A DNA stretch of 63,252 bases, counting the filler, from Hyphochytrium catenoides (lineage: Eukaryota; Protista; Hyphochytriomycota): the NCBI GenBank assembly GCA_900088475.1. It is 17 parts of 17 records of this genome, joined end to end, with 100 filler letters (N's around TTAATTAATTAA, not from the genome) between each part and the next. Parts side by side here need not be neighbours in the genome. Positions count along the whole stretch, not along the records: positions 47,427 to 51,637 come from FLMG01002227.1; positions 51,738 to 54,884 come from FLMG01000997.1; positions 54,985 to 57,963 come from FLMG01003979.1; positions 58,064 to 60,408 come from FLMG01004301.1; positions 60,509 to 61,597 come from FLMG01003775.1; positions 61,698 to 63,252 come from FLMG01002192.1; 11 more parts are not named here. The stretch is one strand, 5' to 3'. The translations under genes and the position numbers were made by a program. Positions 50,632 through 62,412 of the stretch are shown here, one piece after another. Under the pieces are notes generated by a model, which was not told the origin of the DNA, searched no databases, and saw only the letters and a list, made by a program, of their open reading frames with translations. How positions within the stretch are numbered: the first letter of the stretch is position 1; each line of letters opens with the position of its first letter.

Positions 50632-51062
50632 TCTCTTTAGTTCACTCCTCTTGTCTCTCTCTCTCTATAGACCTTCACTCTAGGCTCTGTACTGCCTGTC
50701 AATTGGTCAAGTCTGCCTTCTTCAAGGGCTCAACCTCTTTCTCATATTGGTCGGCTTGTCTCTCATTCCTCCCCATCTCTCTCTAACGCTATTCTCTCCG
50801 TTTCTCTCTCTCTCTCTCTCTCTCCTGTTTCCAGGTTCGACTCAATGTCCTTCGCAATCTGAATTTGCTGGCGGCTTGGAAGGCGCCTCTGAGCGACAAG
50901 ATCATCAAAGTGATCAAGGAGCTGGGGAGAGACGCGCAGTGGAGAGTCAGAGAGAGCATCATCAGGAACTTGCCTTCCTTGGTACAGACTCTGGTGCGTG
51001 AGGAGACAAGATCTGCCTTGAAACGCGATATGAGAGAGAAAAGGAAGGGCGGGAGAGGGAGG

Positions 51063-51102
<40 letters not shown>

Positions 51103-51438
51103 TGATATCTCGAGAAAGAAAAGGAAGACGCAGAGGATGAAAAGGGCCATAGAACAAAGAGATTGTTGCTTTAGGCGCACTCGCAAGAGAGAGGAAACAC
51201 AAGGAGAGAGAGAGAAGAGAGAGAGAGAGTAGACCGGTAGAGGGCAAAAGTGAGAGGACAGGAGAAGGAGAAAGAGAGACACAGAGAGAGAGAGAGAGAT
51301 ACCATCGTTGTTGATGTTCCTGTTTCTCTTCAGGGCTCTGACTATTTCAAGGAGAATCTGCTGGAGCTGTACAAGGCAGGACTGACCGACAACGTCAGTG
51401 ATGTCAGAGTCGCCGCCTCCGGAGCCACCAAAGACTTG
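47505..51438 (+). CDS. PPP2R1: Protein phosphatase 2A scaffold (A) subunit, HEAT repeats; partial at both ends
   Basis: [110 protein letters not shown]. Confidence 0.93.
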
Positions 51439-51598
51439 GTACGCTGCTCTCTCTCTTTCTGCGATCTCACTGTCGTTTCTCTTCCTAGTTTTCTCCATCA
51501 TGACTCTCTCTCTCTCTCTCTCCCTCTCTCTCTCCGCAATATGTTACCTCTATCTCATGCCAGTTCTCTCTCTCTTGTCTTTCTTTCCCTCTCTCCAT

Positions 51599-51637
<39 letters not shown>

Positions 51638-51737
51638 NNNNNNNNNNNNNNNNNNNNNNNNNNNNNNNNNNNNNNNNNNNNTTAATTAATTAANNNNNNN
51701 NNNNNNNNNNNNNNNNNNNNNNNNNNNNNNNNNNNNN

Positions 51738-53856
51738 ACAGGGTCCCATAAGCTCTTCATACTCACTTCGAGTATATCAGTAGACCACATAATAACCTTA
51801 ATAAGAGTGTCTTCAAATCCCATACATTATAACAGCAACTGCCCAAAAAAAGAGGCAGGTCAGTAGCAATCAGAAGGCAGCATCTCGTCGCCTCATGACA
51901 GTTCTCATCCAGCGTTCACAGCAGCCGTTGCTAGATGGGGAATAAGCAGGTGTAGGAGAGTGCAGGATCCCCGGGCGAGCGAGAAGACACTCTGCGAGCA
52001 GCACTGCTAACGAACTCTTCCCCGCGGTTGGAGTGTATCTCCTTCACGCGCTTACCCATCTGGTTCTCCATGAAAAGAATGAGCTCCTCCAACTTAGCTT
52101 CTGCTTCTCCTTTGCTCCGAAGAAATTGCCCAAAGCACCTCCGAGAGTGATCATCCACCACGAGCAGACAATGTACATAGCCCTGATAGCTACAAGTATT
52201 GACAATGCCAACGTCGGCGTGCAGAAGTTCCAGTAGTCTTGTTGTCTTATGGGGCTGAGCGTGGTAAGGCTTACGAGTTAGCTTCGCAAGAACGCAGGTC
52301 TCACAAAGACAGTGTTGGATTATATGGGATGATTGGACAATGTCATTAGATGAGAGAGCTCTACTTATAAGCCCAGCTGGGTCCCATAATCTAGAGCTAT
52401 TCTGATTATGCCAACTATTCCTAATAAACCCTAAGATATTCAGTCATAGAGAAATCCCTGTCTACAACAGTCAGTCCTGAAGGTATTCCGGGGTACTGAC
52501 CAAAAACCATAGATATAAACAGGGACATTTCGTTTGCTTCATATCTCGGCTTCTACTGGAAGTTTAGAGCTGAGACTTGGGTAGTTAACCTTGCCAGCTT
52601 GTAGTCCACATAGCTGTGCCCTCAGACTCCAACAGCTCCCCGCAGCTCGAACTCCCTCTTGTGAAGGGTCGAAGCTGAACATTTAACACCTCCCCGCATG
52701 CTGTAGACCCGCTAGAAAGAGATTACTTGCTTCTTGGGTCTCCATTGCACACATTTCTCGATCTACGATGAACAGCGAGGTTGCTGAGATGTTGTTTCTT
52801 TAGCCTCTATGATAAACGCGTCGAGATCTCCAGAAATACTCACATTGTCTGATTGCTTCAGCGCTAGGTAGAAAGAGTGGAGAATACTGTTTTTAGCGTC
52901 AAGCTTTCCTTGATTCGAGGCCTGCGTAATGATAATTTGTCCTTATTTGAATCCTTGGGTTCTTGATGTCGGTTGACTCCTGTCCATGCTTCCTCTTTGG
53001 AAAGAGATTGTTTAGTTGGTTGTGGAGAAGTTTCCTTAAGGATGAGCTGGTTGTGTTCTTCAGTTCTTCTCAGTATTGCTTTGACTGCTTCACGATAAGA
53101 AGTCTTCTTCTTTGATGAAGATAAATCATTCCATTTTCTTCAAAGCTTTTGACAGATAGATTCCTTTTAGAGCGTGATATCCAGAAAGACGGTCTGTGAT
53201 GAGCGTTCCCCTCGAGTTCCAGCATTTCTCTGAAGGATGGCTGCGACTTCCGCAAAATGGGCACTCCGGCCATTGACCGCGAACGTTAATGTTTGATGAT
53301 GATGATGATACTGGATTAGCCTTGTTCTTGGTCTCGTGATGAGGGTGATGACGAGGTTCCTTTTTTATCTATCGTTTGTTGATGTAGAGCGTATGCTGCA
53401 AAGCCTTTTCTTCATCATAATTCTTGTTGGTAGTGCGCATAGCACGTCTTCGGTGTTGTTCTCCGATAAGAATATCATCTATGGCACTTGCACATAGTTC
53501 CCCTGTTCCACGCACTTGGATGGCTTGAGCGATACCTTGATATGAGGGTGGAAGGGCCATAAGTACTGCAGCTTTGTAGAGGTTGTCGTAGAAATCTTTC
53601 TTCTCCATCATTTCTCGAAGTAACTCAAGCTTTCTTCTCTGCTCGCACAGGAAGAGGCTTATGTCTTGTTCTTCATCTGCCTTTGCCGATAAGAAGGAGG
53701 TAAGAGTAGTCACAATGTTGTTTGCGTTTCTGCTCTCCAAAGATTCTTCCCATTTAAGCCAAGCTTCTCTCGCAGTTTCTCTACCAGGTAGAAGTGGAAG
53801 AATGTTGTCAGCCACTGCCAAAACAATCTTGTTGAACGCCCTTTTGTCATTATTTA
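51738..53856 (-). pseudogene. Degenerate copia gag to integrase region
   Basis: Gag (DKRAFNKIVLAVADNILPLL...TAREAW...ALPPSY), CETCVLAKLTRKP, LELLHADVG, VKEIHSNRGEEF. Confidence 0.82.
52313..52634 (-). mobile_element. Solo LTR-B
   Basis: Full reverse match to 46956-47279 with TG/CA ends. Confidence 0.9.
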
Positions 53857-54447
53857 TGATGAACTTTACAGAGCTGGGTGGCAATGCCTGAAGCTTCTGT
53901 ATGAGCGCAATCTAGATGAAACGATAACAAAGGGACTGGGTACTGATCTATGATTGAGATTTTTCTGAATGATTGCTGAGTCCCTGAGAGTCTGGTCTAG
54001 AGATCTTTGCTCGGCCCAGCTTCCCTCATCATCTCTCTCTCTCTGCTGTTCCTGTGTTCTTCTGGAAATTCTTCTCACATCCCTCTTTCCCATAACACAG
54101 GTGTACCCGTAACGTCTATGTCCCTGAGAGCTAGGTGTGTATAGAGAGTGACTACTGTACTACTGACAACGAACATTGTAGCACTCAACACTCTACCTCA
54201 TGCCTAGCTTCTCTGGATCATCAGTGGTGAGGGTCGAATTAACTCACCTAATTGTCGGTCTCACTCACTCTTCCCTCAGACGAAGCTAGGTGGGTAGTGG
54301 CAAGAGCACTGACACTAGGAGGAGCACTCCAAGGTGAAGACGCAGTGTCCGAAAGAGAGGAGCAGGAAAAGGCTTGGTGAGGCAATCGGCTACCATAGCT
54401 GTAGAGGGAGGGAGTATAGACCAGCGTAATGTTCCCGCTGGCGACCT
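53857..54447 (-). mobile_element. 3' LTR-A (53857-54190), PPT and RNase H end
   Basis: Minus strand reads KVASGNITLVYTPS...agaagctaggcatgaggtagag|TGTTGAGTGC...GTTCATCA. Confidence 0.88.
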
Positions 54448-54819
54448 TGTTGAGTGCTACAATGCTCGTTGTCAGTAGTACATGTTGAGTGCTACTATGT
54501 TCGTTGTCAGTAGTACAGTAGTCACTCTCTATACACACCTAGCTCTCAGGGACATAGACGTTACGGGTACACCTGTGTTATGGGAAAGAGGGATGTGAGA
54601 AGAATTTCCAGAAGAACACAGGAACAGCAGAGGAGAGAGAGATGATGAGGGAAGAAGCTGGGCCGAGCAAAGATCTCGAGACCAGACTCTCAGGACTCAG
54701 CAATTATTCAGAGAAATCTCAATCACAGATCAATGCGCAGTCCTTTTGTTATCGTTTCATCTAGATTGTGCTCATACAGAAGCTTCGGGCATTGCCACCC
54801 AGCTCTGTAAAGTTCATCA
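54448..54819 (+). mobile_element. Solo LTR-A with TSD GACCT and duplicated first 35 nt
   Basis: gacct at 54443-54447 and 54820-54824; a second TGTTGAGTGC start at 54483. Confidence 0.92.
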
Positions 54820-54841
54820 GACCTTCTCTTGCAGGACACAG

Positions 54842-54884
54842 TGTTGAGTGCTACTATGTTCGTTGTCAGTAGTACAGTAGTCAC
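54842..54884 (+). mobile_element. Further LTR-A 5' end
   Basis: TGTTGAGTGCTACTATGTTCGTTGTCAGTAGTACAGTAGTCAC running into the gap. Confidence 0.85.
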
Positions 54885-57800
54885 NNNNNNNNNNNNNNNN
54901 NNNNNNNNNNNNNNNNNNNNNNNNNNNNTTAATTAATTAANNNNNNNNNNNNNNNNNNNNNNNNNNNNNNNNNNNNNNNNNNNNTCGAAACGATGAGAGA
55001 GATAAAGGACTTCTTCCGTCTCCCTTGAGTGGACGGAGAACCGATGCGCGCGGAGAAGCGCCCAAGAGGATTAGCCCTCCTGCCCGTACACTTTCTTCAT
55101 GAATAGCACGTGGCATGCAAGCACCAGCAGCAGTGTCAACAAGCAGATCAATGAAGAAGAAGGGCTATCATCATCGTCGTGGCCGCGCTTCGGATCGAGA
55201 TCTGCCGCTCTCGATGTTGAATAGTAGTGAACAGTTGAAACAAGCAGTCTCTATTCGACTAACAGTCTTCTCAATATTGAAAAATCAGTCCACTTGGACT
55301 GCTAACTAACCCAAGTGCAAGAGCTTTCTTCTTCCAGCCAGAAGGCGGCTACTCGAAGAAGAAGCGAGAGAGTCTTGTCAAGGGCCAAGTGTGGCTCGAC
55401 TGGCCTCTTCTTTCTCCGCCACATATTTCTACCAAGCCTCGCCTTCTTTCAGCGCCTGCCATTAAACTATCTTTATCTGCTATGTTACATGCAGCAGGGC
55501 TACACCTGCTGGGATGTTACCCCTACTCGTTGTCTGCTGGTTATTGAGTCTCTTCCGACGTGGTCGTCCACCAGAAGAAGAAGCCCACCACGCGAGACAA
55601 GCAGCAGATCGTGACTAAGTGAATCCTTTATTACTTCCTCCGTGCTGCTCTGTCTCCTCCGCCGCCACTGATGAGCAGCTTTAGCTCTGTCAGCAAGAAA
55701 AGCTTTATTATCTTATCATCATTAACTTTATTTCTGTTCCATTCCTTGTTGATGCTGGCTGCACCACCTGCTGCAGTCGATAGCTCCAAATAAAGAAGTT
55801 AGGCATCTATTCGGCTTTCTCTAGTCTGTTGCCATTGCTGGTGCGCAACAACTGGCAGCAGCAGCAGCATCTGCTGCGCGGCAAAGGATCATACTAAGCA
55901 ATAAAGCTGCTCTGTAGTGGGAGCTTGCCTCCCTGGTTCCTGTGCAGCTGGCTCAACTTACCACGGCCCACCACCACTGCTCCATAGCCCACCTGTCCGT
56001 CCGATGATCCGTCTGATGTCTCCGCGTAGACTTTCTCGATAATAATAGGTAGAACCGTTCTCAGAGGACGTGGCGTTACTTCTCACTCCCTTGAAGGCTT
56101 GACAGCGGACAGCCGCTGCCTTCCGTTATTATCCTCTGCTCTTTACACGCAAACGTAAGGAAGCAAGAAGGGGCGAACGAGCAGGGAGATTATAGGAAGA
56201 AGAAGAAGCCCTGCTGGATGACTGTTTAAACGCCACCATGCATCGTTCCTCCTCAAGAACAGGGCCTTCTTCGTCCAAGAAAGTCTCTAACAGCCGACAA
56301 GCTCATCGTTACTAGGCGGTGATATCCAGCAGCGACAGTTTCTCCGTGGGTCTCTTAGTGGTCTGCCCTTTTGCCGCTTTCTCCCGCTGATGATGATGAG
56401 GCACCTTCGTTGGCACCATCCTTGCCCTTGTACACGTCAGCCGACCTCTATCTCACACTCGAGCAGCCTCTCATTCATACTCCGTCAAGGCTTGTACCAC
56501 AGCTCCGCGTTGAGAGCAGCAAAATCGGCACGCTCCCGCACGGCACGAACAAGCAGAGATCCACATTTCTCATTTTCCTCCTTCTTCTTCCAACCACTGC
56601 CTACCACGACGAACAAAGACCGCACAGGGGAACAGAAATCAAGGCGATGTCGTCGCTTTGTTGGAGACAGAGTTTCACTGTCGCTCACAAGGCACGTGGA
56701 AGGATCCACGGTTTCACATTGCTTTTTATGGATAACACCGGTTATCTACGCTGATCGTTCCCTGCTGCGCTGCTAAGCGGTACGGAGGAGAATCCTGAAC
56801 GGCACTATGTACAGAGCTCAATTTAAGGAAAGCGAAAGCGGGACCTTTTTCTCTTACTGTCCTCGCGCACTGCGTCTATTGCCAAGCCCCATTGGGTCAT
56901 CTCTGGCACGGTTCTCTGTCTTATCCATTCTTCCCTTGTATGGCTGAACAGCGGTTTCCTCGTCCTCAGCCGGGCTGTTAAGGGATGGATGTGGACAGGA
57001 GGAGGAGAGAGAAGGTGGGAGAGAAGGGGGAAGGGGGAATTCAAGCTTGTAGCTTCTAGAAAGGCTACTGATAGGCGCTGCAACCACATGCTGAAGAGTT
57101 ACAGGGCCGTGAAAGGAGGGCCGCTTAGCGCTGCTCCTACGTAAGAAAGGGTTGCGCATCTAGGCGAGGTATGACTCTGTCAGAGGCCAGCGATAGAGAA
57201 AAAGAAGAGCCTGTTCGGACCAAGAACATGGAGGGGCGAGAAGAAAAGTGATGGGCAAAGAAGTGGCAGGTAAAATCCACTGCTGTGGGGGGCAGCAGAG
57301 ATGAGATTTCCAGCTCACAGCCCATCGATGCTGAACCAGAGAGGGAGGGAAAACAATGGAGAGCAGCATGTCGAGGACGCTTTTAGCCTTGTGGAGCCTT
57401 TCCGCCCTGTTTCCCTCCGTCCTCCTTGACTCAATCTCCGCCTCTTCTGTGGCATCTTCGCTCCACATCGTACCTTCCTCATCCCTTCAAACCTGCTGGC
57501 AGCTTGTTCTTCTTGTCGTTGACGTTGAAGTTGGGAGTGAGCAGCCCACAAAGTGGGAGAGAGAGAGAGAGAGTCAAGAAGGGACGGTGGCCGTCATTCT
57601 GGATGTTCTCTTTCTCATTTCTTTTCCTTCTTTCTTCTCTGCTTCTTTCCGCCCGTGCCGCCATGGCACAGCTGCCCTGTCGACTTTCCGCTATGTCCAT
57701 CGCTCGCCAGGGAGAGCCCGATGTTGCTCTCAAAGTGCAACCTTGTGGCCAGAGGGAAGTGGACGCCATCATAGACTACACTGGAGATGAGAAGGGAGAG

Positions 57801-57902
57801 ACACGTACAAGGTGGAACCAAGAAATAGTTCTCGTAGGCCGTATCTTTCTCCTCTCTTTTTCCTTTCTCTTTCTCTCTCTTTCTCTCTCTCTCTCTCTTT
57901 TG

Positions 57903-57957
<55 letters not shown>

Positions 57958-58559
57958 CATGTTNNNNNNNNNNNNNNNNNNNNNNNNNNNNNNNNNNNNN
58001 NNNNNNNTTAATTAATTAANNNNNNNNNNNNNNNNNNNNNNNNNNNNNNNNNNNNNNNNNNNNGTCCTCCATTCCTTGTAGCTTTGATATCGTAACCACG
58101 AAAGAGCTCATAATGTTGCTGATTCTGGCGCTTGAAATAGGTCTTGATGGTGAGAATGAATAGAGAAATGGACAATATGAGACTTTGTGTCCGTAGGATT
58201 TGGTGTTCTTCTTGCCTTGATAAAAAGGACAATATCTCCAAAACGAGGCGCTTTCAGAAGAAATAATGGCACCAATGAACTCAGCGATGCCGATTTACCC
58301 CCTGTCACTCTTTGAAAGCTCCGAAAAGAGGTGATTTTGGGCCGAAATCGTGCTTGAAACTTTCCCTTGAAAAAGTGCTCGTATGGTTGAAATTTTCGGT
58401 GGAGGGGTTGAAATTTATACCGAAATTTTGGATGAAACGTTTCAATGTTTCGAATGTCTCCTTGAAGTTTTCCTTGGAATATTTCAGAAAGTTTCAATGA
58501 ACCAGGATTCTCGTCTGCGGCTATATAACCGCACAGGTAGCCGGTACTGCCAATTGTTA

Positions 58560-60357
58560 TGTCCGCCGGCGAGACCGGTAGCCGTTATTTCCCACTGGAG
58601 CTCGTTAACTGCTCCCGGGGGCCGACTTGATCTTGGTCTCGGTCAGGATCGCAATGGTCCAGTGGTTTCATGTTACAAGAGTGAACACCCCTGGTCAGGC
58701 ATGGGTCAACCTGAGGGATGTCTTCAAAACCAAGGGTCACGATGACCCCGAGGTCTTGAAGATGAAGTTCCTGTCACTTCAGCTCTCAGAGGGAGGGTCA
58801 GTCAAGGAGCATCTGGGGGACTTGATGGATCTGAAGAACAGACTGGACGAGACGCCCTACAAAATTGGAGAAGAAGACTTTGTACTGCGGATCTTCAATA
58901 GCTTACCTAAAAGCTATGACAGCTTTGTCTGTCCATGAGGTGTCTTCCCAATCGGCAGAAGGTGCTGACGGCCAACATGGTTATAACAACACTATTGGAA
59001 AAAGCCGACAGGAGAGAGCGAAGGGACAGACTGAATGCTACCTACTCAAGTCCTGGAGGCGGACAAGGATCCAACAAGCAAACGAGACCACCGGTGGCAT
59101 TCCAAGCGGGCACTGGTAGGCAGCAGGAAGAGGATACTCCTGGACCCAAGAATCCCCCGGGCAAAAAGAGAGGAGAGTTCAAGGGACGGTGCTACAACTG
59201 TAAGCAGCACGGTCACCGAGCGAGAGACTGCAAGGCACCAGCCAGTGGTGACAAAGAGAAGAAGAAGCCGCATGCCAACAGCGCTGCTGAGGTGGGTGAA
59301 GAACACCTGGCTTTCACCGCCAAGACGGTTGCTAGTCAGGACCAGACCTCACACTGGATCATTGACAGTGGTGCCTCCAGCCATATGTGCTGCCGCAAAG
59401 ATTGGTTGACTTCGTACAAGGCCATCAAGCAGACGGTTAGGGTAGCAGACGAGCGGGAAGTGGCAACATGGGGGATTGGCACGGTCACTCTCGTGCTCAG
59501 TGAAAAGGGCAAGAAGCAACAGATGGAGCTTCGGAAGGTCTGGTATATGCCTGAGCTCAAGAAGAACTTGTTCAGCGTCTCTGCCGCCACAGCCACAGTG
59601 GCATGAACTTCGAGTTCTTCTCTAACAGCTTCATTGCCCGGAAGAAGGAGGACAAGAAGAAGACCATGGAGATTGTGATGGGCAAGCGCCATGGTAATCT
59701 CTACTATCTCCAGTGCAAGCCTGACATTCAGCCACCGGCGGCCCTGTCCAGCAATGCCTCGGAAGGTGAAGAAGCTCTGCAGATTGCACGGGAAAGCGGG
59801 TCTGCAGATGTGACTCGGTGGCATGAGAGAATGGGACATCTGTGTTTGAGATACTTGAAGCAGCTCCCGACCCTGGTGGACGGTGTCAGGATTACTGGAA
59901 ATGCCAATCACATGTTTTGTGATGGTTGGGCACTCGCCAAGTCCCATAGGCAGCCATTCCCGACAGGCCACAAAAAGTATGAGGAGGTACTGGGAATCGT
60001 GAATGCTGATAAGGTTGGACCGTTTGAGACGCCATCTGCCGCGGGAGAGCGCTACTGTGTCCTCTACAGCGATGAGGCCTCTGCGATCACTGGAGTAGGC
60101 TTCCTGCGCACTAAGGATGAAGCATTTCCAGACTTCAAGATCTTTAAGTCTAATATCGAGTTGCAGACCGGCAACAAGACCAAGATCTTGAGGACTGACG
60201 GAGGAGGAGAGTTTACTTCGAAGGCGTTCAAGGAGTTCCTTTCTACGCATGGCATCCAACACCAGGTCACAGCGCCATATTCTCCACACCAGAATGGACT
60301 TGCAGAACGGAAGAATCGGGTCATTGTTGAGACCGCCAGAGCGTTATTGCTACATGC
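58560..60357 (+). mobile_element. Ty1/copia gag-protease-integrase, frameshifted
   Basis: Gag (IFNSLPKSYD), zinc knuckle CYNCKQHGHRARDC, protease WIIDSGASSHM, WHERMGH...FCDG, integrase LRTDGGGEF and PYSPHQNGLAERKNR; frame changes near 58935 and 59600. Confidence 0.95.
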
Positions 60358-60408
60358 TGTTGGATTATATGGGATGATTGGACAATGTCATTAGATGAGA
60401 GTGCTCTA
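60358..60408 (-). mobile_element. LTR-B 3' end inserted in integrase
   Basis: tgttggattatatgggatgattggacaatgtcattagatgagag matches 52313 onward. Confidence 0.88.
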
Positions 60409-60649
60409 NNNNNNNNNNNNNNNNNNNNNNNNNNNNNNNNNNNNNNNNNNNNTTAATTAATTAANNNNNNNNNNNNNNNNNNNNNNNNNNNNNNNNNNNN
60501 NNNNNNNNAGAGAGAGAGAGAGAGAGAGCATTAAGATAGAGCTCAACACAAAAATCCTGTAAGGTTTCGTTCTATATAAAGGTTGATAACTTTCCCTCCC
60601 ACTCTTCCGTGATCTATCTAACTCTCTCCCTCTCCCTCTCTGCAATCTC

Positions 60650-60680
<31 letters not shown>

Positions 60681-61233
60681 CTTCTCTCTCTCTCTCCCTG
60701 TCATACCTTCATAGGCCAGTTCCTGCACTTTCCTGATCTCTGTCATTTTTCGGTTGATCTCCAGAAGAGCCAAAGCTTGGGCCTTTGCGACTGGCAGTAT
60801 CTGTAGGAAAAGAAAGTTTCTCTCTTAGAGGAGAATCTCTCTCTTTCTCTTCCCTTTGTAACTTTTCCTCCCCCTGTCTCTCTTCCTTTTTCTCTTCGAG
60901 GAGAATCTCTCTCTTCTTCTTCCCTTTTGAATACTCTTTCCTCCCTCTGTCTCTCTTCCTTTTTTCTCTTCGGAGCTCGATGTTCTCCACGCTGTTATCC
61001 TTTTCATCTTTTCTCTTCTTCAAACAACTATTTCTCTCTCTGTGTTCGTCTTTCGTCGTAACTCTCTTTCTCTCTCTCTCTCTTCTCATTCAGTAGACAT
61101 ATCACTAACTCCCCTAGTGCCAGTCTACATCTTTCTCATTCTTCGCTTCCCGTCGCTCACTCTCTCCCTCTTTTTCCTTTCTCTCTCTCTCTCTCTCTGT
61201 GTTTCTCTCTCTCTGTGTTTCTCTCTCTCTGTA

Positions 61234-61268
<35 letters not shown>

Positions 61269-61444
61269 GTATATAATACCTGTCTGGCTATCTCATGCAG
61301 TGCATGCTGATAGATAGTCAGAGCTTTACTGCTCGCCGTCGAGACTGTTCTGAAGTCTATCAATTCCTCTCCCTGGAGAGAAAGGACCAACAAGGGAGAG
61401 AGAGGGAGAAAGAGAGAGATAAACAGGAGAAAAGAGGGGGGAAG

Positions 61445-61476
<32 letters not shown>

Positions 61477-61697
61477 GAGAGAAAGAGACGGAGGAAACGG
61501 AAGAGGGAACAGAGAGACAAAGAGAGAGGGAGAGAGAGAAGTCAGAAGATGGAGAAAAAGAAAGAGAGAGAGAAAGGAGAAGGAAAGAGAAGGGAAGNNN
61601 NNNNNNNNNNNNNNNNNNNNNNNNNNNNNNNNNNNNNNNNNTTAATTAATTAANNNNNNNNNNNNNNNNNNNNNNNNNNNNNNNNNNNNNNNNNNNN

Positions 61698-62412
61698 CAG
61701 AAGCATAACGGGGGATTTGGTCGTCATCGAGCTTACCGATAAAATTAGCCGAAGCTTCAGATTCCGTTTCCTTTATCTCAAGCCTCAAGAGCGCCTCTTG
61801 AGAAACCTGCCAACCAGCTTCTTCCAGCTTCTCTAACCGCTTACTTAGAGATAACAATTGCTCGTCAAGGCAGTTGCACGCTTTATCAGCAGCTCGCTGT
61901 CTCTCCTTAACATCACGCAAGCCCTCGTGAACACCACGCAAGGCCCCGTGAACAGCACGCAAGGCCCCGTGAACACCACGCAAGGCCCCGTGAACACCAC
62001 GCAATCGCTTGACCACGTAGTCCAGGTCTACTCGGAGCAACTGGCCATCCTTGGATTCAGGCGACAAAGATATGAGGGCTCTCGAAATCTCAGCTTTTTC
62101 TCCAAGGAGTTTCCCTTCCTCTTCCTGAAGGGCTTTTTTCTCTTCCTGAAGGCTTTTTTTCTCTTCTTGAAGGCTTTTTTTCTCTTCCTGAAGGCTCTTT
62201 TTCTCTTCCTGAAGTCTTTGCCTCTCTGCCTGCAAACTTGCCTCTCGTGCTGCAAGACGGGTCTCCGACCGTTGTATGGTTGCGATCTGGCTAAGAATAC
62301 TGTCAAGCTTCTTTGAATCAGCACTTGGGGCTCCCTCATGTATAGCCGAAGTGCCTGTAGCTAACGTTGACGGCGCTTTTCTTGGCATTGCTTCTTCGCC
62401 TTTTCTGTCCAT
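61698..62412 (-). CDS. Coiled-coil protein built from 21-bp heptad tandem repeats; function unknown, possibly a pseudogene
   Basis: Open frame with (LQEEKKS)x5 and (LRGVHGA)x4; truncated by the gap; an in-frame TGA lies just upstream. Confidence 0.5.

Noticed and set aside
990-51438. Functional gene cluster
   Set aside because: Unrelated housekeeping genes, mostly on separate contigs joined artificially.
54985-57350. Short ORFs on both strands
   Set aside because: No motifs and no consistent splice model.
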